NCBI RefSeq assembly: GCF_004299445.1
Contig: NZ_SCTC01000057.1
Coordinates: 28,798-92,797 of the forward strand
Reading direction: 5' to 3'
DNA: 64,000 nucleotides
Source: Phenylobacterium sp.
GTDB lineage: Bacteria; Pseudomonadota; Alphaproteobacteria; Caulobacterales; Caulobacteraceae
A program made the translations under genes and the position numbers. Positions 52,122 to 61,142 of this stretch are shown here, one piece after another. How positions within the stretch are numbered: position 1 is the stretch's first letter; every line of letters begins with the position of its first letter. The notes under the pieces were generated by a model, which saw nothing but the letters and a program-made list of their open reading frames with translations, did no database searches and was not told the DNA's origin.

Positions 52122-53357
52122 CTAGAGCAGGTCGCCGCCGCAGGCTCCTGCCGTGGTGCCCGTCGCCTGGAAGGCCTTGATCACATTGCGGCCCACCGTC
52201 CAGCGGTGCACCTCGTCGGGCCCGTCGACCAGGCGCTGCGAGCGGATGTGCGTGTACCAGGCGGCCAGCGGCGTATCGCGGCTGTAGCCCAGGGCGCCGT
52301 GCAGCTGGATCGCGGTGTCGACCACGTGGTGGACCATGTGGGCCAGGTAGACCTTCGCGATCGAGTTCTCCTGCCGCATGTCCATGCCCTTTTCCGCCTT
52401 GTAGGCGATGTGAAGCAGCATGAGGCGGCTGATGTAGAGCTGGCTTGCGCACTCGGCCATCATGAACTGGACGGCCTGGCGCTTGTGCAGCGCCGAACCG
52501 AAAGTCTCGCGGTTGGTGATGTGCGCCGCGGCCAGGTCCAGCGCGCGCTGGGCCATGGCGATGTTGTGCATGCCGTGGCGCAGGCGGCCGTAGGCCAGGC
52601 GGTGCTGGCCCATGTCGAAGCCGCGGCCCACGCCGCCGACGATGTTCTCGGCCGGAACCACCAGGTCCTTGATCTCGATCTCGGAGTGGCCGCCGCCCAT
52701 GATGTGGCTGAGCGGACCCTCGGCGGCCATGGTCGGGATGTCGCGCTTGATCTTGTAGCCCGGGTTCGGCAGCTCGACGATGAACGTCGAGAACTGCTGA
52801 TGGCGCGGGCCCTCGGTGTCGGTGCGGGCCATGACCAGGGCCAGATCCGCAGCGCTGGCGGCCGAGGAGAACCACTTCTCGCCGTTCAGGACGTAGTTCT
52901 CGTTGCCGTCCTTGACCGCGGTCGTGCGCATGCCGGTGGCGTCGGCGCCCGCGGCCTTCTCGGTCATCGAATAGCAGACGCGCTTCTCGCCGTTCAGCAG
53001 GGGCTTGAGGAACTTCTCCTTCTGATACTCCGTGCCGTGGGCGATGAGCGTCAGGATCGTGGCGTCGTCAGGCCCCTGCGAGTTCATCGACAGTGCGCCG
53101 ATGTAGCTCTCGCCCAACTCCATCTGGACCAGCGCGTTGGCGAGCGGGCCCAGGCCCATGCCGCCGTACTCCTTGGGCACAAAGGGCATCCAGAGGCCCT
53201 GGGCGCGCGCCTTGGTGCGCAGCTCGTCGATGACCTTCTTGTAGCTCTCCTTGTCGGTGATCCGCTCCTGCGCGGGAATGCACTCGTCATGGACCCACTG
53301 GCGGACGCGCTCGCGGATGGCCTTGGCCTCGGCGGGAATCTCGAAGTCGATGGACAT
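52122..53357 (-). CDS. acyl-CoA dehydrogenase
   Basis: YSMTEKAAGADA, LNGEKWFSSAA, RLAYGRLRH, AIQLHGALG, RSQRLVDGPDEVH. Start set at ATG 53357. Confidence 0.92.
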   Translation of the reverse strand: MSIDFEIPAEAKAIRERVRQWVHDECIPAQERITDKESYKKVIDELRTKARAQGLWMPFVPKEYGGMGLGPLANALVQMELGESYIGALSMNSQGPDDATILTLIAHGTEYQKEKFLKPLLNGEKRVCYSMTEKAAGADATGMRTTAVKDGNENYVLNGEKWFSSAASAADLALVMARTDTEGPRHQQFSTFIVELPNPGYKIKRDIPTMAAEGPLSHIMGGGHSEIEIKDLVVPAENIVGGVGRGFDMGQHRLAYGRLRHGMHNIAMAQRALDLAAAHITNRETFGSALHKRQAVQFMMAECASQLYISRLMLLHIAYKAEKGMDMRQENSIAKVYLAHMVHHVVDTAIQLHGALGYSRDTPLAAWYTHIRSQRLVDGPDEVHRWTVGRNVIKAFQATGTTAGACGGDLL

Positions 53358-53493
53358 GGCGGCGCGTCTCCCAACAGTTGTTTGAATTTGGAAAACACGG
53401 TGCGGCGCCCACCTCACGCAGGCAAGTGGAAAGCGCCCGCCTTTGACGTGGCGTCCGGGATATCGTTCCCTCTGGGACGCAAGGAGACGCGTG

Positions 53494-54366
53494 ATGTCGA
53501 TGACGGTGCGGGCGCTGACGCCCACGATCGGGGCGGTGGTCGAGGGCCTGGACCTCTCGCAGGGCGTATCGGCAGACTTGGCCGGCGCGCTCCGCGCCGA
53601 ACTCTTGAAGCATCAGGTCCTGTTCTTCGAAGACCAGCACCTGACGCCCGTTCAGCACCGCGACTTCGCCGCCCGCTTCGGCGAATTGCACACTCATCCG
53701 CTCTATCCCGGCGTGCCCGAGGCGCCTGAGCTGTTCATTCTGGACAACCACAAGGACAACCCGACCGACAACGACAGCTGGCACACTGACGTCACCTTCA
53801 TCGAGACCCCGCCGATGGGCTCGATCCTCTATGCCAAGAGCCTGCCGGCCAGCGGAGGCGACACGATCTGGGCGAACATGAAGGCCGCCTATGAGGCGTT
53901 GTCGCCGTCGTTCCGCGGCTATCTGGAAGGCCTCGACGCCGTGCACGACTTCGCCCGCGGATTTCCGCAGCGCGGCATCGTCGCCAATGCGGCCGGGGCG
54001 GAGAAGCACGCGAAGGCGATGGCCGAGCACCCGCCCGTGCTGCACCCGGTGGTTCGCACCCATCCCGAGACCGGCGAGGACGCGCTGTTCGTGAACTTCG
54101 GCTTCACCGAGCGGCTCAAGGGCCTGCGGCGAAAGGAAAGCGACGCGATACTGGGCATGCTGTTCGAGCATGTGACCAAACCCGAGTTTCAGGTCCGCTT
54201 CCGTTGGAGTCCGAACGCTATCGCCTTCTGGGACAACCGGATCACCCAGCATTACGCGGTCAACGACTACCTGCCGCACCGTCGGATCATGAACCGCGCC
54301 ACGATCCTCGGCGACCGCCCCTATCACCACTCGCGAAAGCCCGCGCAGGCGTTGGCGGCCGAGTAG
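53494..54366 (+). CDS. tauD: taurine/2-oxoglutarate dioxygenase
   Basis: DNDSWHTDVTFIETPP (HxD), LHPVVRTHP, WDNRITQHYA, RRIMNRATILGD, closely following E. coli TauD. AAGGAG RBS. Confidence 0.9.
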   Translation: MSMTVRALTPTIGAVVEGLDLSQGVSADLAGALRAELLKHQVLFFEDQHLTPVQHRDFAARFGELHTHPLYPGVPEAPELFILDNHKDNPTDNDSWHTDVTFIETPPMGSILYAKSLPASGGDTIWANMKAAYEALSPSFRGYLEGLDAVHDFARGFPQRGIVANAAGAEKHAKAMAEHPPVLHPVVRTHPETGEDALFVNFGFTERLKGLRRKESDAILGMLFEHVTKPEFQVRFRWSPNAIAFWDNRITQHYAVNDYLPHRRIMNRATILGDRPYHHSRKPAQALAAE

Positions 54367-54402
54367 GACTCGGCTTGGCGTCGCGCCGGATCGGCATCCG
54401 AT

Positions 54403-54621
54403 CTAGGCGTTCAACGCCGCTTCCGTGGCTTCCATCTCGTCGCGAATCCAATCGTGGCCGCTGGTCACCATCACGCCTTCCAGCGCAGTGATGTGGCCGC
54501 GCAGACGGTCGCGGATGTCCTTGGGCACGTCGTCCCGGGTGGCGATCCACCGGGCGATCTGATGGACCGCGAAGGCGCTGTGCAGGGCCAGACGATCACG
54601 ATCGTCGTCGGAGAGCTTCAT
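54403..54621 (-). CDS. hypothetical 72-aa helical protein
   Basis: GGAG upstream of ATG 54621; compact amphipathic sequence in an intergenic gap. Confidence 0.55.
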   Translation of the reverse strand: MKLSDDDRDRLALHSAFAVHQIARWIATRDDVPKDIRDRLRGHITALEGVMVTSGHDWIRDEMEATEAALNA

Positions 54622-54686
54622 TGGCGGGCTCCGTAGTTGCAGGCCCACCATAGCACGGGCCGAGCGCTTCTGCTGAGGCGTCGACG

Positions 54687-55709
54687 CTACCCGACAACGG
54701 CCAGCGTGGGCGGCCTGGGCAGCCCCAGGCGCTCGGCGACGCGGTCCTGGAACCAGGCCACGCCCTGCTCGTGCTTCGGCGAGAGGACCCCGCCCTGATA
54801 GACGCCGGCCTCGAGGTTGCGCTGCACCTTCTCGCAGATCTGCAGGTCCTGGACGGTGACCAGGTCGGAGAACTCGAACAGCGCCGGCAGCTCATGGGCG
54901 CAGGCCGGGTCAAAGAAGTAGAAGTAGTCCAGCCGGGTGTGAGCCGGGCCCACGGCCGTCATCCGTTCGACCATGTAGCCGTGCCGATAGACATTGATCG
55001 CCAGGTTCGGCCACAGCCACACCCATAGGCCACCGTAGACGGACGCATCGCGCAGCGGCGCATGGGCGAAGATCACCTCGTCCTCGATCTCCGTCCGGTA
55101 CTCGGCCACCACGACGTCCCCGTCGAACTCGGGGTGCACGCTCTTGATGTGATAGCCCTCGAGATAGTTCTCGACGTAGGCCTTCCAGTTGCAGCGGATG
55201 TCGTGGCGGCGCGCCTCCACCAGCGGGAATGACGACTGCTCGTCGGCCCAGCGACGCGCCAGCGGCGCCATCAGGTCGGCCAGCGGCCGGGCGTCCAGGT
55301 CCTGGTTCACGAAGATCAGGCCGCGCCAGGTCTCGAGCCGCACGGGGTAGAGGCCGTACTCGCGGGGGTCGAAGCCTGGCAGGACGCCGAAGTCGACCGC
55401 GCTGCGCAGGCGCCCGTCCAGGGCGTACTTCCAGCCGTGGTAGCGGCACGTGAAGGCGTCGCCGCAGTGGCCGGCGCCGTCGGCCACCAGAGCGCCGGCC
55501 CGGTGGCGGCAGACATTGTGGAAGCCGGCCAACTCGCCATCGCCCTTGCGCACCACGACAACCGGCGCGCCGCCCAGAACGTCGGCCAGGTAGTCGCCGG
55601 GGGCGGGCAGTTGGCGCTCGTGGCCGATGAACTGCCAGCTTGGCCGGATCACGCGCTGGCGGTCGGTCCGCAGGGCCTCGTCGCCGCGATAGAGTTCGAC
55701 CGGGAGCAT
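54687..55709 (-). CDS. Rieske non-heme iron oxygenase alpha subunit (choline monooxygenase/quaternary-amine type)
   Basis: Rieske NVCRHRA...FTCRYHGW, mononuclear Fe site NYLEGYHIKSVH and QDLQICE. GGAGG before ATG 55709. Confidence 0.88.
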   Translation of the reverse strand: MLPVELYRGDEALRTDRQRVIRPSWQFIGHERQLPAPGDYLADVLGGAPVVVVRKGDGELAGFHNVCRHRAGALVADGAGHCGDAFTCRYHGWKYALDGRLRSAVDFGVLPGFDPREYGLYPVRLETWRGLIFVNQDLDARPLADLMAPLARRWADEQSSFPLVEARRHDIRCNWKAYVENYLEGYHIKSVHPEFDGDVVVAEYRTEIEDEVIFAHAPLRDASVYGGLWVWLWPNLAINVYRHGYMVERMTAVGPAHTRLDYFYFFDPACAHELPALFEFSDLVTVQDLQICEKVQRNLEAGVYQGGVLSPKHEQGVAWFQDRVAERLGLPRPPTLAVVG

Positions 55710-55738
55710 AGCGCCGCCTCCGCTGGATCGCGCGCCCT

Positions 55739-57055
55739 TTAGCGCCGACGCAGCCAAAGATACAGCAGGCCTGCGGCACCCAGCGGCACGACGGCCAGGG
55801 CCAGCTCCAGGGGCTTGGCCTGGGCGATCAGGGCCAGCGAGCAGGCGATGGCGGCTGCCGCGGTCGCGATGGCCCAGGTGCGCCTGCCCCCCTCGAACCG
55901 ACCCGCCAGCCGGATCAGGGAAACGCCGGCCAGGATGTAGCAGTACAGCGCCAGCAGCACCGCCATGTTGGCCAGCGTGCCGAACTGTTCGCCGATGGTG
56001 GGCGTCGCCGTCAGCGCGGCGATCAGGCTCATCAGGACGCCGGCGGCCAGCAGGTTGATCTCGGAGGCGCGCTCGCCTGGACGGGTCCGGAAGATGGCGG
56101 GGAACGCGCCGGCGTCGGCGCCGCTGCGGGTGGTCTCGGCGGTGACCAGGGTCCAGCCGGTCAGGCACCCGGCGGCGCGGAGCAGCGCGCACACCGCGAT
56201 CACCGCGCCGAGGCCGAGGCCGAGGACGCTGCGGGCTGCGTCGGCGAACGGGGCGGTCGAGCTGGCCAGTTCGGCGCCCGGGATGATGCCCATCACGACG
56301 GAGGTGGCCGCGATGTAGAGCACCGCCACCCCGCCCACGCCCACCAGGGTGGCGCGAGGCACGTTGCGGACGGGGTCGCGGACGACGCCGGCGGCGGCGG
56401 CGGCGCACTCCAGGCCGAGGAAGGCCCAGAACGCGGTCAACGCCGAACGGCCGATGGCTTCGCCGAAGCCAAGGCCCTGCGGGTTCCAGGCGTCGAGGAA
56501 CACCTGCGGCTGGAACCAAAGCCAGCCGCCGATCGCCGCGGCCGCCACGGGCAGCAGGCCGACGCCCAGGGTCAGCCCCTCCATACGGGCGACGGCGCGG
56601 GGGCCGATCCAGCTGATCGCGACGGCCATCCAGAGGACGACCAGGGTGGCGCCCAATCGGGGGCCGGCCTCGTTGAGGCCCGGCACGAGGTAGGCCCCCG
56701 CGCCGACGACGGCGAGCGCGACCGCCACGTTGCCGATCCAGCAGAGCGTCCAGAACGCCACGGTGGTCTGCACGCCGAAGAACTGGCCCAGGCCGGCCTG
56801 GACGTAGGCGCCCATCCCCGTGGCCTCAGGCGCCGCCTGCGAGAGCCAGGCGAACAGGCCGGCGATGGCCAGGGCGGCAAGCGTGGCGGCCCCCCAGCCC
56901 AGGATCGAGATCGAGCCCACGGCGCCGAAGGTGGCCGGAAGGAGGTACACGCCCGAGCCGACCATCGAGCCCGCCACGAGGGCCGCGGCCCCCATGACGC
57001 CGACCTTGCCGTGGTGGGACGGGACGTTCGCCTGCGCCGCTGCCGCTTCCGCCAT
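55739..57055 (-). CDS. APC superfamily permease, AdiC/PotE-like basic amino acid/polyamine family
   Basis: GSMVGSGVYLLP in TM1, FWAFLGLECAAAAAGVVRDPVRNVPRAT in TM6-7, 12 TMs. Confidence 0.9.
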   Translation of the reverse strand: MAEAAAAQANVPSHHGKVGVMGAAALVAGSMVGSGVYLLPATFGAVGSISILGWGAATLAALAIAGLFAWLSQAAPEATGMGAYVQAGLGQFFGVQTTVAFWTLCWIGNVAVALAVVGAGAYLVPGLNEAGPRLGATLVVLWMAVAISWIGPRAVARMEGLTLGVGLLPVAAAAIGGWLWFQPQVFLDAWNPQGLGFGEAIGRSALTAFWAFLGLECAAAAAGVVRDPVRNVPRATLVGVGGVAVLYIAATSVVMGIIPGAELASSTAPFADAARSVLGLGLGAVIAVCALLRAAGCLTGWTLVTAETTRSGADAGAFPAIFRTRPGERASEINLLAAGVLMSLIAALTATPTIGEQFGTLANMAVLLALYCYILAGVSLIRLAGRFEGGRRTWAIATAAAAIACSLALIAQAKPLELALAVVPLGAAGLLYLWLRRR

Positions 57056-57102
57056 CAAATCGCCCCCGGGACTCAGGTGACTATGGAAGGTCCCCGACGG
57101 GC

Positions 57103-57152
57103 TTGACAGTCCAATTTACACGCGTAACGTCGGGAGCTTGCTACGCGCGTAA
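57103..57152 (+). promoter_or_regulatory. sigma70 -35 (TTGACA) plus two BlaI-type operator boxes upstream of blaI
   Basis: TTGACA at 57103-57108; TTACACGCGTAA at 57116-57127; CTACGCGCGTAA at 57141-57152. Confidence 0.8.
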
Positions 57153-57170
57153 GATCCGAAGAACCCACAC

Positions 57171-57545
57171 ATGTCGAAAATCTCCGGCGCCGAGAGCCAC
57201 ATCATGGAAGCCCTATGGACCCGGGGGCCGCTCACCGCCGAGGAGCTGGTGCAGTCGGTGGGCCGGGAACAGGCGTGGGGCGAGGCCACCGTCAAGACGC
57301 TGATCAACCGCCTCCTGAAGAAGAAGGCGCTGAAGTCCGAGCGCTCGGGGGGCCGCGCGCTCTACCAGGCGCTGGTCAGCCGCGAGGAGTACGTCACCGG
57401 CGAAAGCCAGGGTCTGCTCGACCGCCTGTTCGGCGGCCAGCTGGCCCCGCTCGTCGCCCACTATGCCCAGCACCGTGCGCTGTCGCCCGCCGAGGTGGCC
57501 CGGCTGAAGAAGCTGATCGCGGAGCTGGACGACGATGGCCAGTAG
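57171..57545 (+). CDS. blaI: BlaI/MecI/CopY family repressor
   Basis: ISGAESHIMEALW, WGEATVKTLINRLLKKKAL, LLDRLFGG...LVAH. Confidence 0.9.
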   Translation: MSKISGAESHIMEALWTRGPLTAEELVQSVGREQAWGEATVKTLINRLLKKKALKSERSGGRALYQALVSREEYVTGESQGLLDRLFGGQLAPLVAHYAQHRALSPAEVARLKKLIAELDDDGQ

Positions 57546-58356
57546 CCTCGAGGCGATCTTCGGCCCCGAGCCCGGCGCCTTCCTCGCCAGCGCGTTCGTG
57601 CTGGCGAATGTGGTGGGCGGCGTGGCGGTCGCAGCCGTCGCCATCCTGCGGCTGCCGATCCGGCGGCTGATCGGTCCCAGCGCGGCCTACAATCTCTGGA
57701 TCCTGCCCCCGCTGGCCGCCGCAGCCACGCCGGTCGCTATTTTGGTCTCCCACGCCAACACGCCCGTCGGGGCGCTGTTCGACCTGCCCGCCGCCGCCAC
57801 GGTGCTGGGCGGGGTCTGGGCGCTGGGCGCGCTGGCGCTGGCGTTGATCTTCGCCGTGGCGCAGGCGCAGTTCATGGCCGAGGTGCGCGCCGGTCGCGCC
57901 GGCCCCGCCGTGGTCGGGCTGATCTATCCGCGCATCGTGCTGCCTTCCGAGGACAGCGGCTACACGGCCCCGGAACGCGACCTGATCCGGGCGCACGAAC
58001 GCGAGCACGTGGCGCGCAAGGACCCCCGCGCCGCTGCGGCGGCCGCCCTGCTCCAGTGCCTGTGCTGGTTCAACCCTCTGGTCCATCTGGCCGCCTACCT
58101 GGTGCGGCTGGACCAGGAACTGGCCTGCGATGCGGCGGTGATCCGCAGCCGGCCGCAGGCGCGCGGGCTCTACGCCCAAACGTTGCTCAAGACCCAGCTG
58201 GCGCACACGCCCCTGCCCTTCGGCTGCTACTGGCCCGCCCGCGGCCTGCACCCGCTGGAGGTGCGGATCGGCCTGCTCAAGCGCCGGTCGGGCCAGCCCG
58301 GGCGCGGCGACGGCTCCGCCGTGGTCAGCGCCACCGTCGAGTCCATCCGTCCCTAG
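57535..58356 (+). CDS. M56 family (BlaR1/MecR1-type) zinc metallopeptidase, no sensor domain
   Basis: GPAVVGLIYPRIVLP, HEREH zinc motif, WFNPLVH, DQELACD. Ends shortly after the peptidase core. Confidence 0.88.
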   Translation: MASSLEAIFGPEPGAFLASAFVLANVVGGVAVAAVAILRLPIRRLIGPSAAYNLWILPPLAAAATPVAILVSHANTPVGALFDLPAAATVLGGVWALGALALALIFAVAQAQFMAEVRAGRAGPAVVGLIYPRIVLPSEDSGYTAPERDLIRAHEREHVARKDPRAAAAAALLQCLCWFNPLVHLAAYLVRLDQELACDAAVIRSRPQARGLYAQTLLKTQLAHTPLPFGCYWPARGLHPLEVRIGLLKRRSGQPGRGDGSAVVSATVESIRP

Positions 58357-58441
58357 ACGGCCGATCCCGCCCGAATTCGGACCAGCTGCGCCATAAATCC
58401 GCCGTCACGCAGGTCGCCCGATTGTGACCTTGCAACGTCGC

Positions 58442-58490
58442 TTGACAGCGGAATTTACATGCGTAACTTCACATCAGGCTACGCATGTAA
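58442..58490 (+). promoter_or_regulatory. duplicated -35 plus two BlaI-type operator boxes upstream of the second M56 gene
   Basis: TTGACA at 58442-58447; TTACATGCGTAA at 58455-58466; CTACGCATGTAA at 58479-58490. Same layout as 57103-57152. Confidence 0.8.
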
Positions 58491-58519
58491 GACGCAGCTC
58501 ATCGCGGAGTTGGACGCCG

Positions 58520-59431
58520 ATGGCGAGTGATATCCTGGCGGCGATCATCCGGGCCAACCTGGTCGGGGCCCTGGCGATCCTGGTGGTGCTGGCGTTGCGG
58601 CTGCCCATGCGTCGCCGCTTCGGCCCCGAACTGGCTTACGGCCTCTGGGCCATCCCGCCGATCGCGTTCGTCGCCACCCTGATGCCGCCGCCGGTGCTGC
58701 TGGACGATCCGGCGGCCGACCCCTTCGCCCTGGCGCAGGATCACTCGGCCCTGGCGATGGCGCTGTGGGTGTCCGGGCTGGCGCTGGCCGTCGCGCTGTT
58801 CGCCCGCGCCCAGATGAAGTTCATGGCCGCCGCCCGCATGGGCTGCGCCGGACCGTCGGTGGTGGGCGTGGTCAACCCGCGGATCATCATGCCCCGCGAC
58901 GAGGGCGCCTATTCCGCCGAGGAGCGCGAGCTGATCCGCGCCCACGAGCGCCAGCACATCGCCCGCGCCGATCCCCGCGCCGGCGCCCTCGCCACCGCGT
59001 TCCAGGCGATCTGCTGGTTCAACCCGCTGGTCCACGTGGCCGCCCACCTGATGCGGCTGGATCAGGAGCTGGCCTGCGACGCCGGCGTCCTGCGCGCCCG
59101 CCCGCACGACCGCGCCCTCTATGCCCGCACCCTGCTGAAGACCCAGCTCGCGACCCAGGCCCTGCCCTTCGGCTGCCACTGGCCCGCCGCCGCGCCGCAT
59201 CCGCTGGAGGTGCGGGTGGTGACCCTGGCCCGGCCGGTCAGCCATGACGGGATCACGGGCCCGGTCCTGCTGGGCGTCGCGATCGTCACCGCCGCCCTGA
59301 TGGCCTGGAACGCCCAGCCGCCCGGCGAGAAGCATCCGCCGCCGGTCATCGTCTTCCTCGAGCAGCAGGCGAAACGCCCCGTCTCGGTGATGCTGGTCGA
59401 CGCCCCGCGCCGCCCGACCGCGCAGCCCTAA
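58520..59431 (+). CDS. second M56 family metallopeptidase, paralogue with final TM and short tail
   Basis: GPSVVGVVNPRIIMP, HERQH, WFNPLVH, DQELACD, then TM PVLLGVAIVTAALMAW and a ~40-aa Pro-rich tail. Confidence 0.88.
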   Translation: MASDILAAIIRANLVGALAILVVLALRLPMRRRFGPELAYGLWAIPPIAFVATLMPPPVLLDDPAADPFALAQDHSALAMALWVSGLALAVALFARAQMKFMAAARMGCAGPSVVGVVNPRIIMPRDEGAYSAEERELIRAHERQHIARADPRAGALATAFQAICWFNPLVHVAAHLMRLDQELACDAGVLRARPHDRALYARTLLKTQLATQALPFGCHWPAAAPHPLEVRVVTLARPVSHDGITGPVLLGVAIVTAALMAWNAQPPGEKHPPPVIVFLEQQAKRPVSVMLVDAPRRPTAQP

Positions 59432-59452
59432 GCCCGACTTCGGAGGCCTCCC

Positions 59453-60013
59453 GTGAAGACCCTGCCCTGCCGGGCGCGACGGCTCGCGCCTGCGATCCTG
59501 CTCGTCCCTGTCATGCTGGTTCTGGCCGCCTGCAGCGCGCCCCAGCGCCAGTCGCGGCTGACCGACCTGCAGGCCGACGTCGACCCACCTGAGCTTTGGC
59601 GCGTCGAGAGCCTCGACCATAGGGGCGTCGTCAACGGCGCTCTGGACGTATGCGTCGACCAGTCAATGCGCGACGGCTTCGCCCGGGCGGACGCCGAGAT
59701 CTGGGGACGCCCCTGCCTGCCGCATCGCGACGCGGTGGACACGCCCAACCTCTACGCCGTGCGCTGCGAGATCGACGGCCGCCGCTTCGGCCTGACGCTC
59801 AACCGCAGCGGCGACCTGCGCCGCGACTTCACAGCCGCCTTCTCGCTGACGGCGCTGGACGGAAGCGGCGCGACGGCCAAGCAGGTGCGGCGCTTCCGGC
59901 GCGAGGGCGCGTGCCCTGCCGGCTGGATCATCGGAGATCAGGCCCGGGTCGGCAGCGCCAAAGGCGTGAACGCGCTGGCCGGGACCTGGAGCGGCATGGG
60001 GCGCAGCGAATGA
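59453..60013 (+). CDS. predicted lipoprotein with four Cys in the mature part (DUF3617-like pattern)
   Basis: Lipobox LAAC (Cys27); four further Cys (VCVD, PCLP, RCEI, GACP); begins 21 nt after the M56 gene. Confidence 0.65.
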   Translation: MKTLPCRARRLAPAILLVPVMLVLAACSAPQRQSRLTDLQADVDPPELWRVESLDHRGVVNGALDVCVDQSMRDGFARADAEIWGRPCLPHRDAVDTPNLYAVRCEIDGRRFGLTLNRSGDLRRDFTAAFSLTALDGSGATAKQVRRFRREGACPAGWIIGDQARVGSAKGVNALAGTWSGMGRSE

Positions 60014-60102
60014 TCGGTCTTAACCTCACCTGGTCCTTCGGCGGTTGAAGGTCGCCACGTCAGCCCGCTACCGTGCGCGCAACAAGCAAGCGGGAGAAAA
60101 CG

Positions 60103-61134
60103 ATGCCGGAAGCCATTCTCGACCCCGAGCTGCCGATCGTCGATCCGCACCACCACCTGTGGGACCGCAGCATGGCGCCCCGGCCCACGGGCCCGCAGCA
60201 TCCGTTCACCACCGCCATCGAGCCGGCCCAGCGCTACCTGCTGGACGAGCTGCTGGCCGACACCGGCAGCGGCCACAACGTGATCGCCACGGTCTTCCTG
60301 GAGTGCGGCGCCTTCTACAAGGCCGACGGCCCGGTCGAGCTGCGGCCGGTGGGCGAGACCGAGTTCGTGAACGGCGTCGCCGCCATGAGCGCCAGCGGCC
60401 TGTACGGGCCGACCCGCGCGTGCGCCGGCATCGTCAGCCGCGCCGACCTGACCTTGGGCGATGGCGTGAAAGCGGTGCTGGAGGCGCATGACCGCGCGGG
60501 CGGCGGGCGCTTCCGCGGCATCCGCAACAGCGCCTCGTGGGACGCCGATCCCGAGGTGCTGGGCCCGCTCAATCGCATGCAGGCCGGCCACTATCTGCGC
60601 GACGATTTCCGCGCGGGGTTCAGGCACCTCGCGCCCATGGGCTTCTCGTTCGACGCCTGGATGCTGGAGCCGCAGCTGCCCGACCTGATCGACCTGGCTC
60701 GCGCCTTCCCCGACACCACCATCGTGCTCGACCACGTGGGCACCCCGATCGGCCGCGGCGCCTACACCGGCAAGCTGGACGAACGCTTCGGGATCTGGCG
60801 CGACAACATCCGTGAGCTGGCCAAGTCGCCCAACGTGGTGGTCAAGCTGGGCGGCCTGGCCATGGCCTTCTGCAACTTCCCCTCGTTCCTGGCCGAGCCG
60901 CGGGTCCCGTCGGAACAGCTGGCGAAGGAGTGGGGCCCGTACATCGAGACCTGCATCGAAGCCTTCGGCGCCGATCGCTGCATGTTCGAGTCGAACTTCC
61001 CGGTCGACATGGGCAGCTGCACCTACGCGGTGCTGTGGAACGCCTTCAAACGCATCGCCGCGGGCGCCTCGGCCGACGAGAAGACGGCGCTGTTCTCGGG
61101 CACCGCGACGAAGGTGTATCGGCTGGAGCTCTGA
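60103..61134 (+). CDS. amidohydrolase_2 family (lactonase-like) metallohydrolase
   Basis: IVDPHHHLWD, IVLDHVG, VVKLGG, CMFESNFPVD. Confidence 0.88.
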   Translation: MPEAILDPELPIVDPHHHLWDRSMAPRPTGPQHPFTTAIEPAQRYLLDELLADTGSGHNVIATVFLECGAFYKADGPVELRPVGETEFVNGVAAMSASGLYGPTRACAGIVSRADLTLGDGVKAVLEAHDRAGGGRFRGIRNSASWDADPEVLGPLNRMQAGHYLRDDFRAGFRHLAPMGFSFDAWMLEPQLPDLIDLARAFPDTTIVLDHVGTPIGRGAYTGKLDERFGIWRDNIRELAKSPNVVVKLGGLAMAFCNFPSFLAEPRVPSEQLAKEWGPYIETCIEAFGADRCMFESNFPVDMGSCTYAVLWNAFKRIAAGASADEKTALFSGTATKVYRLEL

Positions 61135-61142
61135 GGCGCGCC

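Noticed and set aside
55710-56519. Apparent long N-terminal extension on the Rieske protein
   Set aside because: It overlaps the intact permease in another frame and is low-complexity. A GGAGG-preceded ATG lies at 55709.
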